Positions 9,592 through 19,015 are shown, numbered from the stretch's first letter. The stretch is 64,000 nt of DNA from an uncultured virus (IMG/VR IMGVR_UViG_3300010883_027406) (IMGVR_UViG_3300010883_027406:1-64000); one strand, 5' to 3'. Made by a program: numbers and translations. The notes: generated from the letters alone by a model not told the origin.

Positions 9592-10014
9592 AAAGTCCTC
9601 TGAATAAATGCTCCAATTTTTAAATTTGTTTTTCATAAGCATGATGGTTGTTTTCATTAATGGGCTTACTTTCTGATTGTCTTTTATTTCCATCCAACTT
9701 TGCCATGAATGATAATCTTCTGTTGCTTTTTTTTCATTAAAATTTATCACGGGGACGTGGATACAGTGTATTTTTCCCCATGACCCTAATATGACCCCTA
9801 ATTTGATTGCTGGCATGCACGATTCGTGCTTATTTTTTTTGTTATCAATAGTATATGATTTTGCTCGTTGTAGCCCTAATGTCTCCAAGAGGTCTATTGC
9901 ATCTTCTAGTTCGCAATTTTTAATTTCTTTTGTGGGCAGTTCCATGTCCTTATTCATAAAGATTGAGTTTGGACTATTCACAGACTTTGGAAATAAAATA
10001 ATGTATTCGGACAT
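9556..10014 (-). CDS. hypothetical protein
   Basis: 152 aa ORF, no recognised motif. Confidence 0.55.
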   Translation of the reverse strand: MSEYIILFPKSVNSPNSIFMNKDMELPTKEIKNCELEDAIDLLETLGLQRAKSYTIDNKKNKHESCMPAIKLGVILGSWGKIHCIHVPVINFNEKKATEDYHSWQSWMEIKDNQKVSPLMKTTIMLMKNKFKNWSIYSEDFSSSSICMHWNN

Positions 10015-10074
10015 TCTTAAAATCTATATAAAATATTTTTATTATTAATAGATAATTAAAACAAAGGAGGTTTT

Positions 10075-10164
10075 ATGTGTGATTGTAGTTGTGAGCATTG
10101 TGTGGAAGATTGTTGTTTGAATAACGAACACCCATGTTGTGATGAGTGCACTTGTTGCGAATAG
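10075..10164 (+). CDS. metallothionein-like 29-aa peptide MCDCSCEHCVEDCCLNNEHPCCDECTCCE (absent from the ORF track)
   Basis: Translated by hand: 11 Cys and 2 His; perfect AAGGAGG RBS ending 4 nt before ATG; TAGATA motif upstream. Confidence 0.75.
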   Translation: MCDCSCEHCVEDCCLNNEHPCCDECTCCE

Positions 10165-10196
10165 AATAATTCATTTTTATTTTTATGCAACCCCAT

Positions 10197-10469
10197 TTAA
10201 ATCGGGGTTTCAATAAAAATTGGAGTATGTGTTCCCATATAAGCGGACACAACATTAAACTCCATCCATTCTATAGCCTCTTCATGTGACATGCTTTGGT
10301 TCATTAGTGTTTGGATGCATTTGTCGTAACTATAAGTCACGACTGGCGAGCTTCCTGCTCCTGCTTTTCTGCAAATGCCTATAATGGCATCATCAAATCC
10401 GTCTGCAAATAAGGCTTCTGGATTTTCTTCTTCCATTATTTCTTCCATTATATCTTTTATTTCATTCAT
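10197..10469 (-). CDS. conserved phage hypothetical protein
   Basis: ADGFDDAIIG...YSYDKCI...EEA.EW.EFN...AY.G..TP pattern recalled from marine/freshwater phage ORFs. Confidence 0.7.
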   Translation of the reverse strand: MNEIKDIMEEIMEEENPEALFADGFDDAIIGICRKAGAGSSPVVTYSYDKCIQTLMNQSMSHEEAIEWMEFNVVSAYMGTHTPIFIETPI

Positions 10470-10728
10470 TTTTTTCTTCTCCGAAAAATCCTTTGGGGTA
10501 TTCCATTTTTACAACTCCATTATTATTTGTTTTTTCTCCTGTTTCAGCATCTTCCGTCCACCATCTTACTTGTTGAATTTCGATTCCTAATTCCTCCATG
10601 TGACACTTATCTTCGGGAGAGACAGGCATATTATATCGCTCTCCTTCGTGCAAAACGGTTATTTTGCATCTTTGTTCGGAGGATTCGTATAATCTACAAT
10701 TACCGCAAATTTTCTTAATTTTATTCAT
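10462..10728 (-). CDS. hypothetical protein with CxxC...C...C
   Basis: CGNC; overlaps the downstream gene; TTGATA-N17-TATCAT upstream. Confidence 0.65.
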   Translation of the reverse strand: MNKIKKICGNCRLYESSEQRCKITVLHEGERYNMPVSPEDKCHMEELGIEIQQVRWWTEDAETGEKTNNNGVVKMEYPKGFFGEEKNE

Positions 10729-10838
10729 CTTGAATAATGATAGTATATTTAATATCCTTTATCAATGGTTTTAATTTTATAGGTAGCAATGACATTAATA
10801 TCCTTTATGGTTTTTGATTTCATAGGGAGCAATGAGTT

Positions 10839-11432
10839 ATGGTAAATATTGTAGGGTTTGCAGGCCAGATGCAGAATGGAAAGGATACAGCGGCAGATTA
10901 TCTGTTTGAAAAAATTAAATTTAAATGGGCGGATGTAGAGCGAGCGTCTTTTGCTGACAATGTTAAACGAATATTTTGTGAGACTTTTAATGTAGATCGC
11001 TCTTTTGTGGAAGAGTGGAAAACAAAGTCAGAAATTCCTGAAGGTTTTGATTTGCCGGTGAGACAGGGCTTGCAGCAGATCGGTGATGGGTTTAGAAAAA
11101 TTCAGGGCAAAATTTGGATAGAACTTGCTTTTAGAGATAGGGTAAGATCTGCAATATTTTCTGATGTAAGATATATTAATGAGCTTAAAAAGATTAAAAA
11201 AGTTGGGGGAACAACGGTGTTGGTGTGGAGGCCAGGTCACGAGAATGAGGACCCTAATGGTTCTGAAGCTCAAATAAGGCCATTGGTAGATTGGTTTGCA
11301 TTACACCCGTGTTCGACCCCTGCCCCCTTTCTGTCGCCAGAGGGTGCTGAGTATGTTGACCATTTTTTAGTAAATGATGGATCGATAGAGGATTTGTATA
11401 GCAAAGTGGACGATATTGTTTTGAGTTTATAA
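10839..11432 (+). CDS. deoxynucleoside monophosphate kinase (T4 gp1-like)
   Basis: GFAGQMQNGKDT P-loop, SFAD.VK, R..LQ.IG, SDVRY.NE, NDGSIEDL. Confidence 0.85.
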   Translation: MVNIVGFAGQMQNGKDTAADYLFEKIKFKWADVERASFADNVKRIFCETFNVDRSFVEEWKTKSEIPEGFDLPVRQGLQQIGDGFRKIQGKIWIELAFRDRVRSAIFSDVRYINELKKIKKVGGTTVLVWRPGHENEDPNGSEAQIRPLVDWFALHPCSTPAPFLSPEGAEYVDHFLVNDGSIEDLYSKVDDIVLSL

Positions 11433-12562
11433 TGAAAATCGCTGCAATAATACAAGCACATAATGACGATGATGTCGTCTTGGATACTATAGACTCTGTC
11501 AAGAGGTGGATGACCACGGATATTTTGACGGTGATGGATGGTGTATCTTGGGATGATCTTGATAAAGATAAATTTTCTTCATCTCATCTTGTTAGGGGGC
11601 TTAATCATGGTCTTCCTAATAATCCTTATCGTAATGTTTTTTTTGGTTTGAAACAGGTATATGATAAATGGCCTGATAAGGATTGGTATTGTTATTTAGA
11701 ATATGATTGCTTAGTCACTTCTAATTCTTTTGAATCAGATTTGAAAAAAGCTGAAAAATCGAATTATTGGGTGCTGGGCACAGATCTTAGGATGAAGAAG
11801 TGCAAGTTCCCTTTTGTAGAAAAAATAATTGATAAGAAATTTAATGAAACTTTTTATATTCTTGGATGTTTTTATTTTTTACACAGAGACTATCTTTCTG
11901 CTCTTAATGATTTGAATTTTTTTGATAAATTTTTAAGTTTGACGAACCATTTTTCTAATGGGTTTTTCCCTATGGGTGCAGGAGGAGGACTATCTGGGAA
12001 GCTTGGTCAATTCCCACGACCGCACCCGCATGATGCTCAGAACATGGCAGGTGTCTTTGATCTTTCAGAAGAATTGATACCGACTTTGGCTTATTATTTA
12101 GGGGGCAAAATTGGTTCTTTATCTTTTTGGGGGGATGGATCTACTCATCCCCACAATTCTGTTGCGGGGGTCAATGGAATGCCAACAACCAGTCAGACGG
12201 CAACTCATAATTCTTTGGGATGGTATGGGAATTATAGAAAATACCCAGTTAGGTGGAAACCAGACTTAAATGAGAATGAGAATTTTATTGAGTCTGCAAT
12301 AATGCATCCTTTGAAAACCTATGATCATCCGATACGCCAGTATCATAGACATATGCGAGATTCTGCCTTAGTTGCAGCATGTTCGGAATATGTGGATGCA
12401 AAAATTTATCCTTCTTTAATAGACATTAATTGGTTCCATCAAAATGGTGTTTTTAATGTAAACGTAAAAGATGAAATCGGACGATTGTGGAACATCACAT
12501 CGGATGATGGGAAGGGGGTGACTGGGATTTCAATGTCTGGTCCGTTTGATTTTTCTTTTTAA
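11432..12562 (+). CDS. putative glycosyltransferase (GT-A fold)
   Basis: MKIAAII..HN..DTIDSV; YLEYDCL (DxD-like); late HP motif. Confidence 0.55.
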   Translation: MKIAAIIQAHNDDDVVLDTIDSVKRWMTTDILTVMDGVSWDDLDKDKFSSSHLVRGLNHGLPNNPYRNVFFGLKQVYDKWPDKDWYCYLEYDCLVTSNSFESDLKKAEKSNYWVLGTDLRMKKCKFPFVEKIIDKKFNETFYILGCFYFLHRDYLSALNDLNFFDKFLSLTNHFSNGFFPMGAGGGLSGKLGQFPRPHPHDAQNMAGVFDLSEELIPTLAYYLGGKIGSLSFWGDGSTHPHNSVAGVNGMPTTSQTATHNSLGWYGNYRKYPVRWKPDLNENENFIESAIMHPLKTYDHPIRQYHRHMRDSALVAACSEYVDAKIYPSLIDINWFHQNGVFNVNVKDEIGRLWNITSDDGKGVTGISMSGPFDFSF

Positions 12563-13201
12563 TTTTCCGATTCCCACTTCTGTCATTACAACAAATTCCC
12601 ATCCACGATGTTTGCAATAATCATTGCATGCGGTCCATTTGGAATGATTAACATCTAGCATTGTCTGGGATGCGGGTTTAATTTCCCATATTTCTATTCG
12701 GCCATCGGAAAATTTAACAGATAAATCAGGAGTATACTTTCTTTGTTTTCCTTTATGAACGTATGGAACTTTGAATGGCTCAACATCATATGCTAGAACT
12801 TCTGAGATTAATTCTAGACATCCATACACGTCGCACTCATATCCAGACCTATAGTGCATTTCTTTTCCTCCCATTTTTTTTGAAGTAAAGAAACCTTCTC
12901 TGAACACTGGTTTTCTGGTTTTGGGCTTTGCTCCTTTTTTCTTATGGTCTTTCCATATCATTGCTTTCATTTGGCCTTTTTTGGGCATAGTTTCGTGAGG
13001 ATGTTTTGCTTTGAAATGCATTCTTATATCTCTCACTGGGGCTTTACATCGTTCAAGAGAGCAAATTACATACTCTCTTCCTTCCTCGTGCGATTCTAGT
13101 ATGTGAGTTTTGAATAAATCAAAATCTTGGAACATTATTCCACATACAAAGCACTGGTATTTTCTTTTGTCTTTGTTGGAATTATCGAAGGGGAGGGTCA
13201 T
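12530..13201 (-). CDS. TnsA-N / T4 gp4-like endonuclease with two N-terminal C2H2 zinc fingers
   Basis: YRSGYE, YTPDL, EIKP, KW..C..YC..RGWEF..MTE; fingers CFVC..H..H and C....C..H...H. Confidence 0.8.
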   Translation of the reverse strand: MTLPFDNSNKDKRKYQCFVCGIMFQDFDLFKTHILESHEEGREYVICSLERCKAPVRDIRMHFKAKHPHETMPKKGQMKAMIWKDHKKKGAKPKTRKPVFREGFFTSKKMGGKEMHYRSGYECDVYGCLELISEVLAYDVEPFKVPYVHKGKQRKYTPDLSVKFSDGRIEIWEIKPASQTMLDVNHSKWTACNDYCKHRGWEFVVMTEVGIGKLKRKIKRTRH

Positions 13202-13560
13202 TCGCTGAGTTTTTCTTTTATTTCTTTAATGTCAATTATTTTCATTTTATCAACATCTTCTTCCGAAAATGTCTTTTCTAGTTTTGACGTAGAGTCGTCT
13301 TCCGCATGTCTGTCAATTAGTCTTTTTATGTTAATTGCTGAAAACGTAGGTTTTTCGTCAAGGCTTAATGGAGGGCCTTTATCTGATTTATCTTTCATTC
13401 TTGCAAACATGACACGATTTTCTTCTGTTCCGCCATAGATATTTTTGCCTTTTTTGAAAAAGAATATTAAGTCTTGGCTCTTTACAAGTTCGTCTATTTT
13501 GCTTTCTTTTAGACATATATCCATAAAATTTCTAAAACTATAAAAACGTGTAGACTTCAT
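13198..13560 (-). CDS. hypothetical protein with SFRNFM leader
   Basis: 120 aa; AGGA RBS; overlaps the nuclease start. Confidence 0.65.
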   Translation of the reverse strand: MKSTRFYSFRNFMDICLKESKIDELVKSQDLIFFFKKGKNIYGGTEENRVMFARMKDKSDKGPPLSLDEKPTFSAINIKRLIDRHAEDDSTSKLEKTFSEEDVDKMKIIDIKEIKEKLSE

Positions 13561-13614
13561 TATGATTTTCCTTTATTAAGATCTGTATAATATATATTTA
13601 GAGCGAGGTAAAAA

Positions 13615-13950
13615 ATGCAATTTAAAGAATGGTTTACAGAAGATGCTGATTTTGTCACATCACTTAGTGATGAGCTTAATATTCGTCCTAAAGATTTAAA
13701 AAATATTATTGTTGCTAATTTCACGTTGAATGGTAAGAGTTATAATTTGGCTTCCATTGATGTTGAATTAGTTAAGAATGGCGCATTGATTAAGATAAAT
13801 AGTGATAAGCATCCTCATTTGGCACAGAAAATAGTGAAAAATGGCAAGCGAACTAGCCAGCCAGATAAAGATACGCACTTTGTTGACAAAGACACCCTCA
13901 CGAAAATTCTTATGCAAGGGTATGAGCAAGCAGGCGAAGCGCCAGTTTGA
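13615..13950 (+). CDS. hypothetical protein with MQFKEWFTE leader (candidate internal head protein)
   Basis: GAGG RBS; leader resembles the T4 internal-protein targeting sequence. Confidence 0.65.
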   Translation: MQFKEWFTEDADFVTSLSDELNIRPKDLKNIIVANFTLNGKSYNLASIDVELVKNGALIKINSDKHPHLAQKIVKNGKRTSQPDKDTHFVDKDTLTKILMQGYEQAGEAPV

Positions 13951-13951
13951 A

Positions 13952-14020
13952 ATGAAATCATTTTCGAATTGGCTGGTAGGAAAAGAAAACATAGGCCCTG
14001 ATAGGCATTGGAGTATTTGA
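13952..14020 (+). CDS. 22-aa micro-ORF MKSFSNWLVGKENIGPDRHWSI
   Basis: Exactly fills the gap between neighbours (1 nt each side); same leader type. Confidence 0.45.
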   Translation: MKSFSNWLVGKENIGPDRHWSI

Positions 14021-14021
14021 A

Positions 14022-14483
14022 ATGAATTTTAAAAAGTGGTTTTGCGACATTGAGGAAGTGGCTACTACTACGGCTAGCGTTGCTGGATTTATGAGAAGAG
14101 TTGGTTCTCCGACAAGACGAAAGTGGCCGGGCCTAACAGAAGATCCTTTTTTTAAGAAAAAGAAGAAAAAAGGATGTAAGTCTTATGGTGCTGAAGCCCC
14201 CGCCAAGGGAATGGGCGGGAGTTGCCAGTTGCAAGAGTTTGATGGAAATTTTGTAAGTAATTCTTATGAGCCTTCTGTAGGGGATGAGATTGTCAATAAC
14301 AACCCTAAATGCAAGCATTATAAAAGTCGGGGAATTGTTTTAAAAATTAATATTCTTCCTAAGGACAATGGTAAAACTGCTACATATTCTTGCACTAATA
14401 ATGGCCCATTGTGGGAAAAAGACGATCTTCTTACTAAAACCATGGATCAATTAATGCCAGCAGAGTCAACTTGCGAAGATTAG
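14022..14483 (+). CDS. hypothetical protein with MNFKKWF leader
   Basis: GGAG RBS; poly-Lys tract; C-terminal beta-rich domain. Confidence 0.65.
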   Translation: MNFKKWFCDIEEVATTTASVAGFMRRVGSPTRRKWPGLTEDPFFKKKKKKGCKSYGAEAPAKGMGGSCQLQEFDGNFVSNSYEPSVGDEIVNNNPKCKHYKSRGIVLKINILPKDNGKTATYSCTNNGPLWEKDDLLTKTMDQLMPAESTCED

Positions 14484-14487
14484 TTTA

Positions 14488-14529
14488 ATGAATTTTAAAA
14501 AATGGTTATTTGATATTAATAAAACTTGA
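14488..14529 (+). other. 13-codon duplicate of the preceding gene's 5' end (MNFKKWLFDINKT)
   Basis: atgaattttaaaaaatggtt nearly identical to atgaattttaaaaagtggtt at 14022. Confidence 0.45.
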
Positions 14530-14554
14530 TCTTATATTTTTATTTTGTTAAAAT
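14526..14554 (+). promoter_or_regulatory. sigma70-like promoter for thyA-DHFR
   Basis: TTGATC-N17-TAAAAT with extended -10 TG. Confidence 0.5.
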
Positions 14555-14585
14555 CATTCAAGGCAATTATAACGGGAGCCTTGAG

Positions 14586-15449
14586 ATGTCTTATATTTTA
14601 AAATCGTATGACGATGCTCTTGAAAACATTTTGAGTAATGGGGTCAAGAAGGTTAACCGTACCGGGATTGAAACAGTCGCAGTGTTTGGCCTGCAATCTC
14701 GTTATTTAATTAAAGACCAATTCCCTCTTTTGACGGGCAGGAAAGTTTGGCCCAAGTCGATATTCGCTGAGTTGCTTTGGTTTCTTTCTGGTTCAACTTT
14801 AAATAGCGATCTACAAAAATTAGAATCTAACATATGGACTCCGTGGGTGGATGAAGATTTTGAAAGAAAAAATGGATATGTTGAAGGAGCATTTGGCCCG
14901 GTGTATGGGTTCCAATTACGTCATTTTGGCGGGGAATATGCCAATGGAGATGTTGGCAATCCTAATTATGGAAAGGGCGGATTCGATCAACTTAGTTGGA
15001 TGGTGAATAGAATAAAAGAAAATCCTGATTGTAGAAGAATATTATTTTCATTATGGAACCCAAGTCAAATGGGCGGAATGAGACTTCCTCCTTGTCATTA
15101 TACATTTCAAATATTTACTCATGAAAACAGAATGAGCGGGATGTTAACTCAAAGGAGTTGTGATTTCCCTGTCGGAGTTCCTGCTAACATTCAATTTTAC
15201 AGTGCTTTAATTTATATGTTGGCACAACAAACAGGATTTGAGCCTTATGAATTTGTCCATTCAACTGTGGACAGTCATATTTATGTAGATCAGATTCCTG
15301 CTGTTGAGGAGTATTTGTCTAGAACCAAACCACATTCTCCTAGGTTGGCGTTGAATAAGGCAAAAGATATTTTTTCCTATTCTTTAGAAGATTTTGGTAT
15401 TGTGGACTATAATCCCGAATCTAAAATCCCAATGCCGGTGGCCGTTTGA
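14586..15449 (+). CDS. thyA: thymidylate synthase ThyA
   Basis: NRTG, ELLWFLSG, GPVYGFQLR, LPPCH, QRSCDFPVGVPANI, HIY; ends MPVAV; start set at ATG 14586 after GGGAG. Confidence 0.97.
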   Translation: MSYILKSYDDALENILSNGVKKVNRTGIETVAVFGLQSRYLIKDQFPLLTGRKVWPKSIFAELLWFLSGSTLNSDLQKLESNIWTPWVDEDFERKNGYVEGAFGPVYGFQLRHFGGEYANGDVGNPNYGKGGFDQLSWMVNRIKENPDCRRILFSLWNPSQMGGMRLPPCHYTFQIFTHENRMSGMLTQRSCDFPVGVPANIQFYSALIYMLAQQTGFEPYEFVHSTVDSHIYVDQIPAVEEYLSRTKPHSPRLALNKAKDIFSYSLEDFGIVDYNPESKIPMPVAV

Positions 15450-15730
15450 TGATTTATATTGTAGAAGAAATCGTCCCCGTTAAAAAATTCTATGTTGTTG
15501 AATCTGAAGGAAAACCTGATTTAAGTGATGGCTCAAATAGTGATGAATTTATGTATCTTGATTCATGGGACGAGGAAAATTGGGATAAGGCGAAATATAA
15601 ATCCAGAAAGCCAACGGATAAAGAATTAGATGATTATTCTTTTAAAAAAAGGCTATCTTGGATAGAGCAAATGAAAGCTCCTGCTCCTGAACCCGAACCG
15701 AAAAGAAAACGGAGCCGTCGTAAGAAATGA
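15449..15730 (+). CDS. hypothetical protein
   Basis: Coupled to thyA (TGATG) and DHFR (ATGA). Confidence 0.65.
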   Translation: MIYIVEEIVPVKKFYVVESEGKPDLSDGSNSDEFMYLDSWDEENWDKAKYKSRKPTDKELDDYSFKKRLSWIEQMKAPAPEPEPKRKRSRRKK

Positions 15731-16254
15731 TAACAATATTAGTTGCATATGATCAAAATAGAGTTATTGGCAACAAAGGGGGAATCCCGTGGGATATTCC
15801 CAGAGACTGGCAGCTTTTTAAAAAAAGAACAGTTAACAATGTGGTTATCATGGGCAGGAAGACATGGGAATCTCTTCCTGTTAGACCATTGCCAGGTCGC
15901 ACTAATATAGTTGTTTCTAAATCTATGGACGCAGGGGATGAAATTAGTTCTGGAGGGGCATTTTTTAATGGAATGCGACCTCTTTATGTTAAACGCAATT
16001 TGGAAGAAGCTGTTTTATTCGCCAGAAATTTAGCGGCGAGATCTGCTCCCCAAAAAGAAGTTTTTGTAATCGGAGGGGGATTTGTTTATAAAGAGTCTCT
16101 TGAAATGGGCATAGTGGATAGGATTATTGCCACTAAGGTGAAAGGGAATTATGAAGGAGACGTATATTTCCCTGAGTTAAACGATAACTGGCAACCAGAA
16201 AATCTGGTTGCCAGTTACAAGGAATTTGATGTTGTTGAATTTAGTAGGATTTAA
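15727..16254 (+). CDS. folA: dihydrofolate reductase
   Basis: VIGNKGGIPW, VIMGRKTWESLP, PLPGRTNIVVS, VIGGG, GDVYFP. Confidence 0.96.
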   Translation: MITILVAYDQNRVIGNKGGIPWDIPRDWQLFKKRTVNNVVIMGRKTWESLPVRPLPGRTNIVVSKSMDAGDEISSGGAFFNGMRPLYVKRNLEEAVLFARNLAARSAPQKEVFVIGGGFVYKESLEMGIVDRIIATKVKGNYEGDVYFPELNDNWQPENLVASYKEFDVVEFSRI

Positions 16255-16285
16255 CTATAATAATGTAACACCATTTCTTTTCTCC

Positions 16286-16323
16286 GGGACCGGCATCTCT
16301 AATGTTTAGATGTCGGTCTTTTT
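16286..16323 (+). terminator. Rho-independent terminator between convergent genes
   Basis: gggaccggcatct / agatgtcggtctt stem plus T-run. Confidence 0.7.
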
Positions 16324-16717
16324 ATATATCTACATATGGGTCGATTTTTATGAAGGCAATTGGTTTGTTGAATAATTCTTTTTCCACACTGTTGCTGTCG
16401 TCGTAGTGTTTTTTGGAATTAAGTTTTTTTAAGGTGGGCCATTTTGGTTTCATGTTTGTGCAAATTATTTTTTCTACTGGGAGGTTAAATTTTGTTATAA
16501 ATTTTTCAATATGTGGTTTATGTTTTTGATATCTTTTTGTAACTATTATTATTCTATTTTTTTTAGAATCGTCTCTTAGACATTGATGCATTTCTTTGAA
16601 AGGAATCCATTCATCCCATTTTGTGTAGCTAATTGGACCAGTTTGCTTGACCGGCTTCATGCTTTTGTGTAGAACGCCATCAAAGTCATATGTTATTGTT
16701 GGTTTTAATTTCATCAT
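16322..16717 (-). CDS. HAD-superfamily phosphatase
   Basis: YDFDGVL motif I, VT.R motif II, K motif III, HYDD motif IV. Start set at the second Met to fit ATAAATAA-N4-ATG. Confidence 0.75.
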   Translation of the reverse strand: MMKLKPTITYDFDGVLHKSMKPVKQTGPISYTKWDEWIPFKEMHQCLRDDSKKNRIIIVTKRYQKHKPHIEKFITKFNLPVEKIICTNMKPKWPTLKKLNSKKHYDDSNSVEKELFNKPIAFIKIDPYVDI

Positions 16718-16746
16718 CATTTTATTTATATTACTAACTTATTTTT

Positions 16747-18129
16747 ATGAACATTATTGATTTTATCTCATTGGTTGAAAAGAAGAAACCAAGAATTTCT
16801 GTAGTTGGAGATTCTATTGTAGATGAGTATTATCAGGTGCAAGCGGACAGGATAAGTCCTGAATTCCCAATACCAGTCATGACATCCCCTGATTCTAATT
16901 CTTTTAAGAGTTTGCCTGGGGGAGCAGCAAATGTAGTTTATCAATTTAGTCATTTTAATGTAGATGTAAAATTTTTCAGTTTAGTTGGAAGATATTCTAA
17001 GGAAATATTTAGGGATTATAATATTGATATGTCGTATTGTATTGAATTTGACGACCAATCAGTTGAAGTCCCTATAAAAAGAAGATTTTATGATGGGGAT
17101 TTTCCTTTAAGTAGATGGGATGTAGAATCTGAAAATTATAGTTTGGCAGGTTCAGAGTTGGTTGATCACCAAAATAGAATCTTTCATCATGTTTGTAATT
17201 CTAATAGAGGCGTGCCAAAGTCGGTGGTGATTTTTTCAGATTATGACAAAGGGGTTTTTAGTGGTGTGGAGGAGAGTTTTGTTCCTCTTGATGTGGGGAT
17301 CACTATTGTTGATCCTAAAAAAGGCCCAATAGAAAAGTGGATTGGGTGTTCTATTTTTAAGCCCAATGCTAAGGAGGCTTTTAATTTAAGTGGGATTCGT
17401 GATTGGAAGGAACAATGTAAATGGTTTCAGGATATTCTTGGGTGCGAGAGTGTTGTGATTACTCATGGTGGCGATGGGGTTAAGGGTTTGGTGGGTAAAG
17501 ATTATTTTGATATTGTTGGAAAATGTTCATTGGTCAATAGTGTTATAGGAGCAGGCGATTGTTTCACGGCTTTTTTAGCTATGGGGATTTCATGCGGACT
17601 AAGTGTTATAGAATCATCATCTATCGCTTATGAGGCCAGTACTTTTTATGTTTCTAGGAAGTATAATGAGCCACTTTCTAGGTTCGATTTTTGTGGCAAA
17701 TTTGTTAATATTGAAGAGTTGAATGATAGAAATTTTAAATTGGTATTTACTAATGGGTGCTTTGATTTAATCCACAGAGGCCATTTAGAGCTTTTAAAAT
17801 ATGCTAAGTCTTTGGGAGATAAATTGGTTGTTGCTGTGAACAGTGACTCAAGTGTTAAGAAGTTAAAGGGAAACTCTCGTCCGATTAACAATTTAATTGA
17901 TAGAATGGAAGTGTTATCTGGCTTGGAAGTAGTAGATTATGTTGTATCATTTGATGACATTACGCCTTATGGGGTCATTAAGGAAATATCTCCTGATATT
18001 CTCGTAAAGGGGTCAGACTGGTCTGGAAATATAGTAGGTTCGGATCTGGTCTCAGAGGTTAAGGAATTTAAGTTGGTGGAAGATTTATCGACAACTTTAG
18101 TTATAGATAGAATAAAGAAAAGCTCTTGA
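16747..18129 (+). CDS. hldE: bifunctional heptose-7-phosphate kinase / heptose-1-phosphate adenylyltransferase (HldE/RfaE)
   Basis: RISPEFPIPV, GGAANV, SDYDKG, VDPK, GAGD (PfkB); VFTNGCFDLIHRGH, VNSDSSVKKLKG.SRP, KGSD, STT. Confidence 0.92.
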   Translation: MNIIDFISLVEKKKPRISVVGDSIVDEYYQVQADRISPEFPIPVMTSPDSNSFKSLPGGAANVVYQFSHFNVDVKFFSLVGRYSKEIFRDYNIDMSYCIEFDDQSVEVPIKRRFYDGDFPLSRWDVESENYSLAGSELVDHQNRIFHHVCNSNRGVPKSVVIFSDYDKGVFSGVEESFVPLDVGITIVDPKKGPIEKWIGCSIFKPNAKEAFNLSGIRDWKEQCKWFQDILGCESVVITHGGDGVKGLVGKDYFDIVGKCSLVNSVIGAGDCFTAFLAMGISCGLSVIESSSIAYEASTFYVSRKYNEPLSRFDFCGKFVNIEELNDRNFKLVFTNGCFDLIHRGHLELLKYAKSLGDKLVVAVNSDSSVKKLKGNSRPINNLIDRMEVLSGLEVVDYVVSFDDITPYGVIKEISPDILVKGSDWSGNIVGSDLVSEVKEFKLVEDLSTTLVIDRIKKSS

Positions 18130-18142
18130 AAAAGGAAGAATA

Positions 18143-19015
18143 ATGAAATTAAATGAAATTAAAAGTGCTGTTGATGGTCTTTCTTTAGATGAAATTAATG
18201 AATTAAAAGCTCATATGGATTTTTCTGAGATTAAAGAATTAGTTAAATCTCCGCTTTGGCCTTCTGCCGTACCTGAGGAGTTAATATGTAAAGCGGAGTC
18301 GGAAGAGGACAAACAGGAGAGAGCAGAGGGTATAATTTATTTAATGATTAATGAGGACTTAAGTAATAAAAGGTTTCTTGACTTTGGATGTGGTGAAGGC
18401 CATGTCGTGTTTCAAGCTGCTAAAAACAATGTTGAGAAATCAGTTGGATATGATCCCCATTCTTCTTTGCCTGACTCAGACGATAAATGTTATTTTTCTA
18501 ATGACTTTGAAAAAGTTCGTGAGCAAGGGCCTTTTGATATTGTTCTTATGTATGATGTTTTGGACCATTTAGACGGGATTGATAGTAGTGTTGACGATGC
18601 TGAGATGGGTCATCGCATGGCGAAAGTTTTATCTCAAGTCAAGTTGGTTACCCATGAAAATTCTAAGATATATTTAAGATGTCATCCTTGGTGTTCTCGT
18701 CATGGTGGGCATTTGTACAATTCTTTAAATAAGGCTTTTGCTCATGTTGTTTTCTCTAAATCCGAGTTAGAGGATATGGGATATGAAGTTGAAGGTGTTG
18801 CCAAAGTTACTTTCCCACGAGCCACGTATGACGCAGCGATTGAAAATGCTGGGCTGAAGGCTATTTCTCAAGATATAATTCAAACTAAAGCAGAAGGTTT
18901 TTTCAAGGAAGGTTTGATTGCGGAAAGAATTGTTTCACATTGGCCAGAAGACAAGAATAAATTCCCAGATTATCAAGTTTCGCAAGATTTTTTAGATTAT
19001 ATTTTGAGTCATTGA
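18143..19015 (+). CDS. class I SAM-dependent methyltransferase
   Basis: FLDFGCGEG, GYD, FDIVLMYDVLDH. Confidence 0.85.
   Translation: MKLNEIKSAVDGLSLDEINELKAHMDFSEIKELVKSPLWPSAVPEELICKAESEEDKQERAEGIIYLMINEDLSNKRFLDFGCGEGHVVFQAAKNNVEKSVGYDPHSSLPDSDDKCYFSNDFEKVREQGPFDIVLMYDVLDHLDGIDSSVDDAEMGHRMAKVLSQVKLVTHENSKIYLRCHPWCSRHGGHLYNSLNKAFAHVVFSKSELEDMGYEVEGVAKVTFPRATYDAAIENAGLKAISQDIIQTKAEGFFKEGLIAERIVSHWPEDKNKFPDYQVSQDFLDYILSH

Noticed and set aside
12530-13201. Tn7-like transposon
   Set aside because: Only a TnsA-N-like domain is present; no TnsB/C/D genes or terminal repeats.
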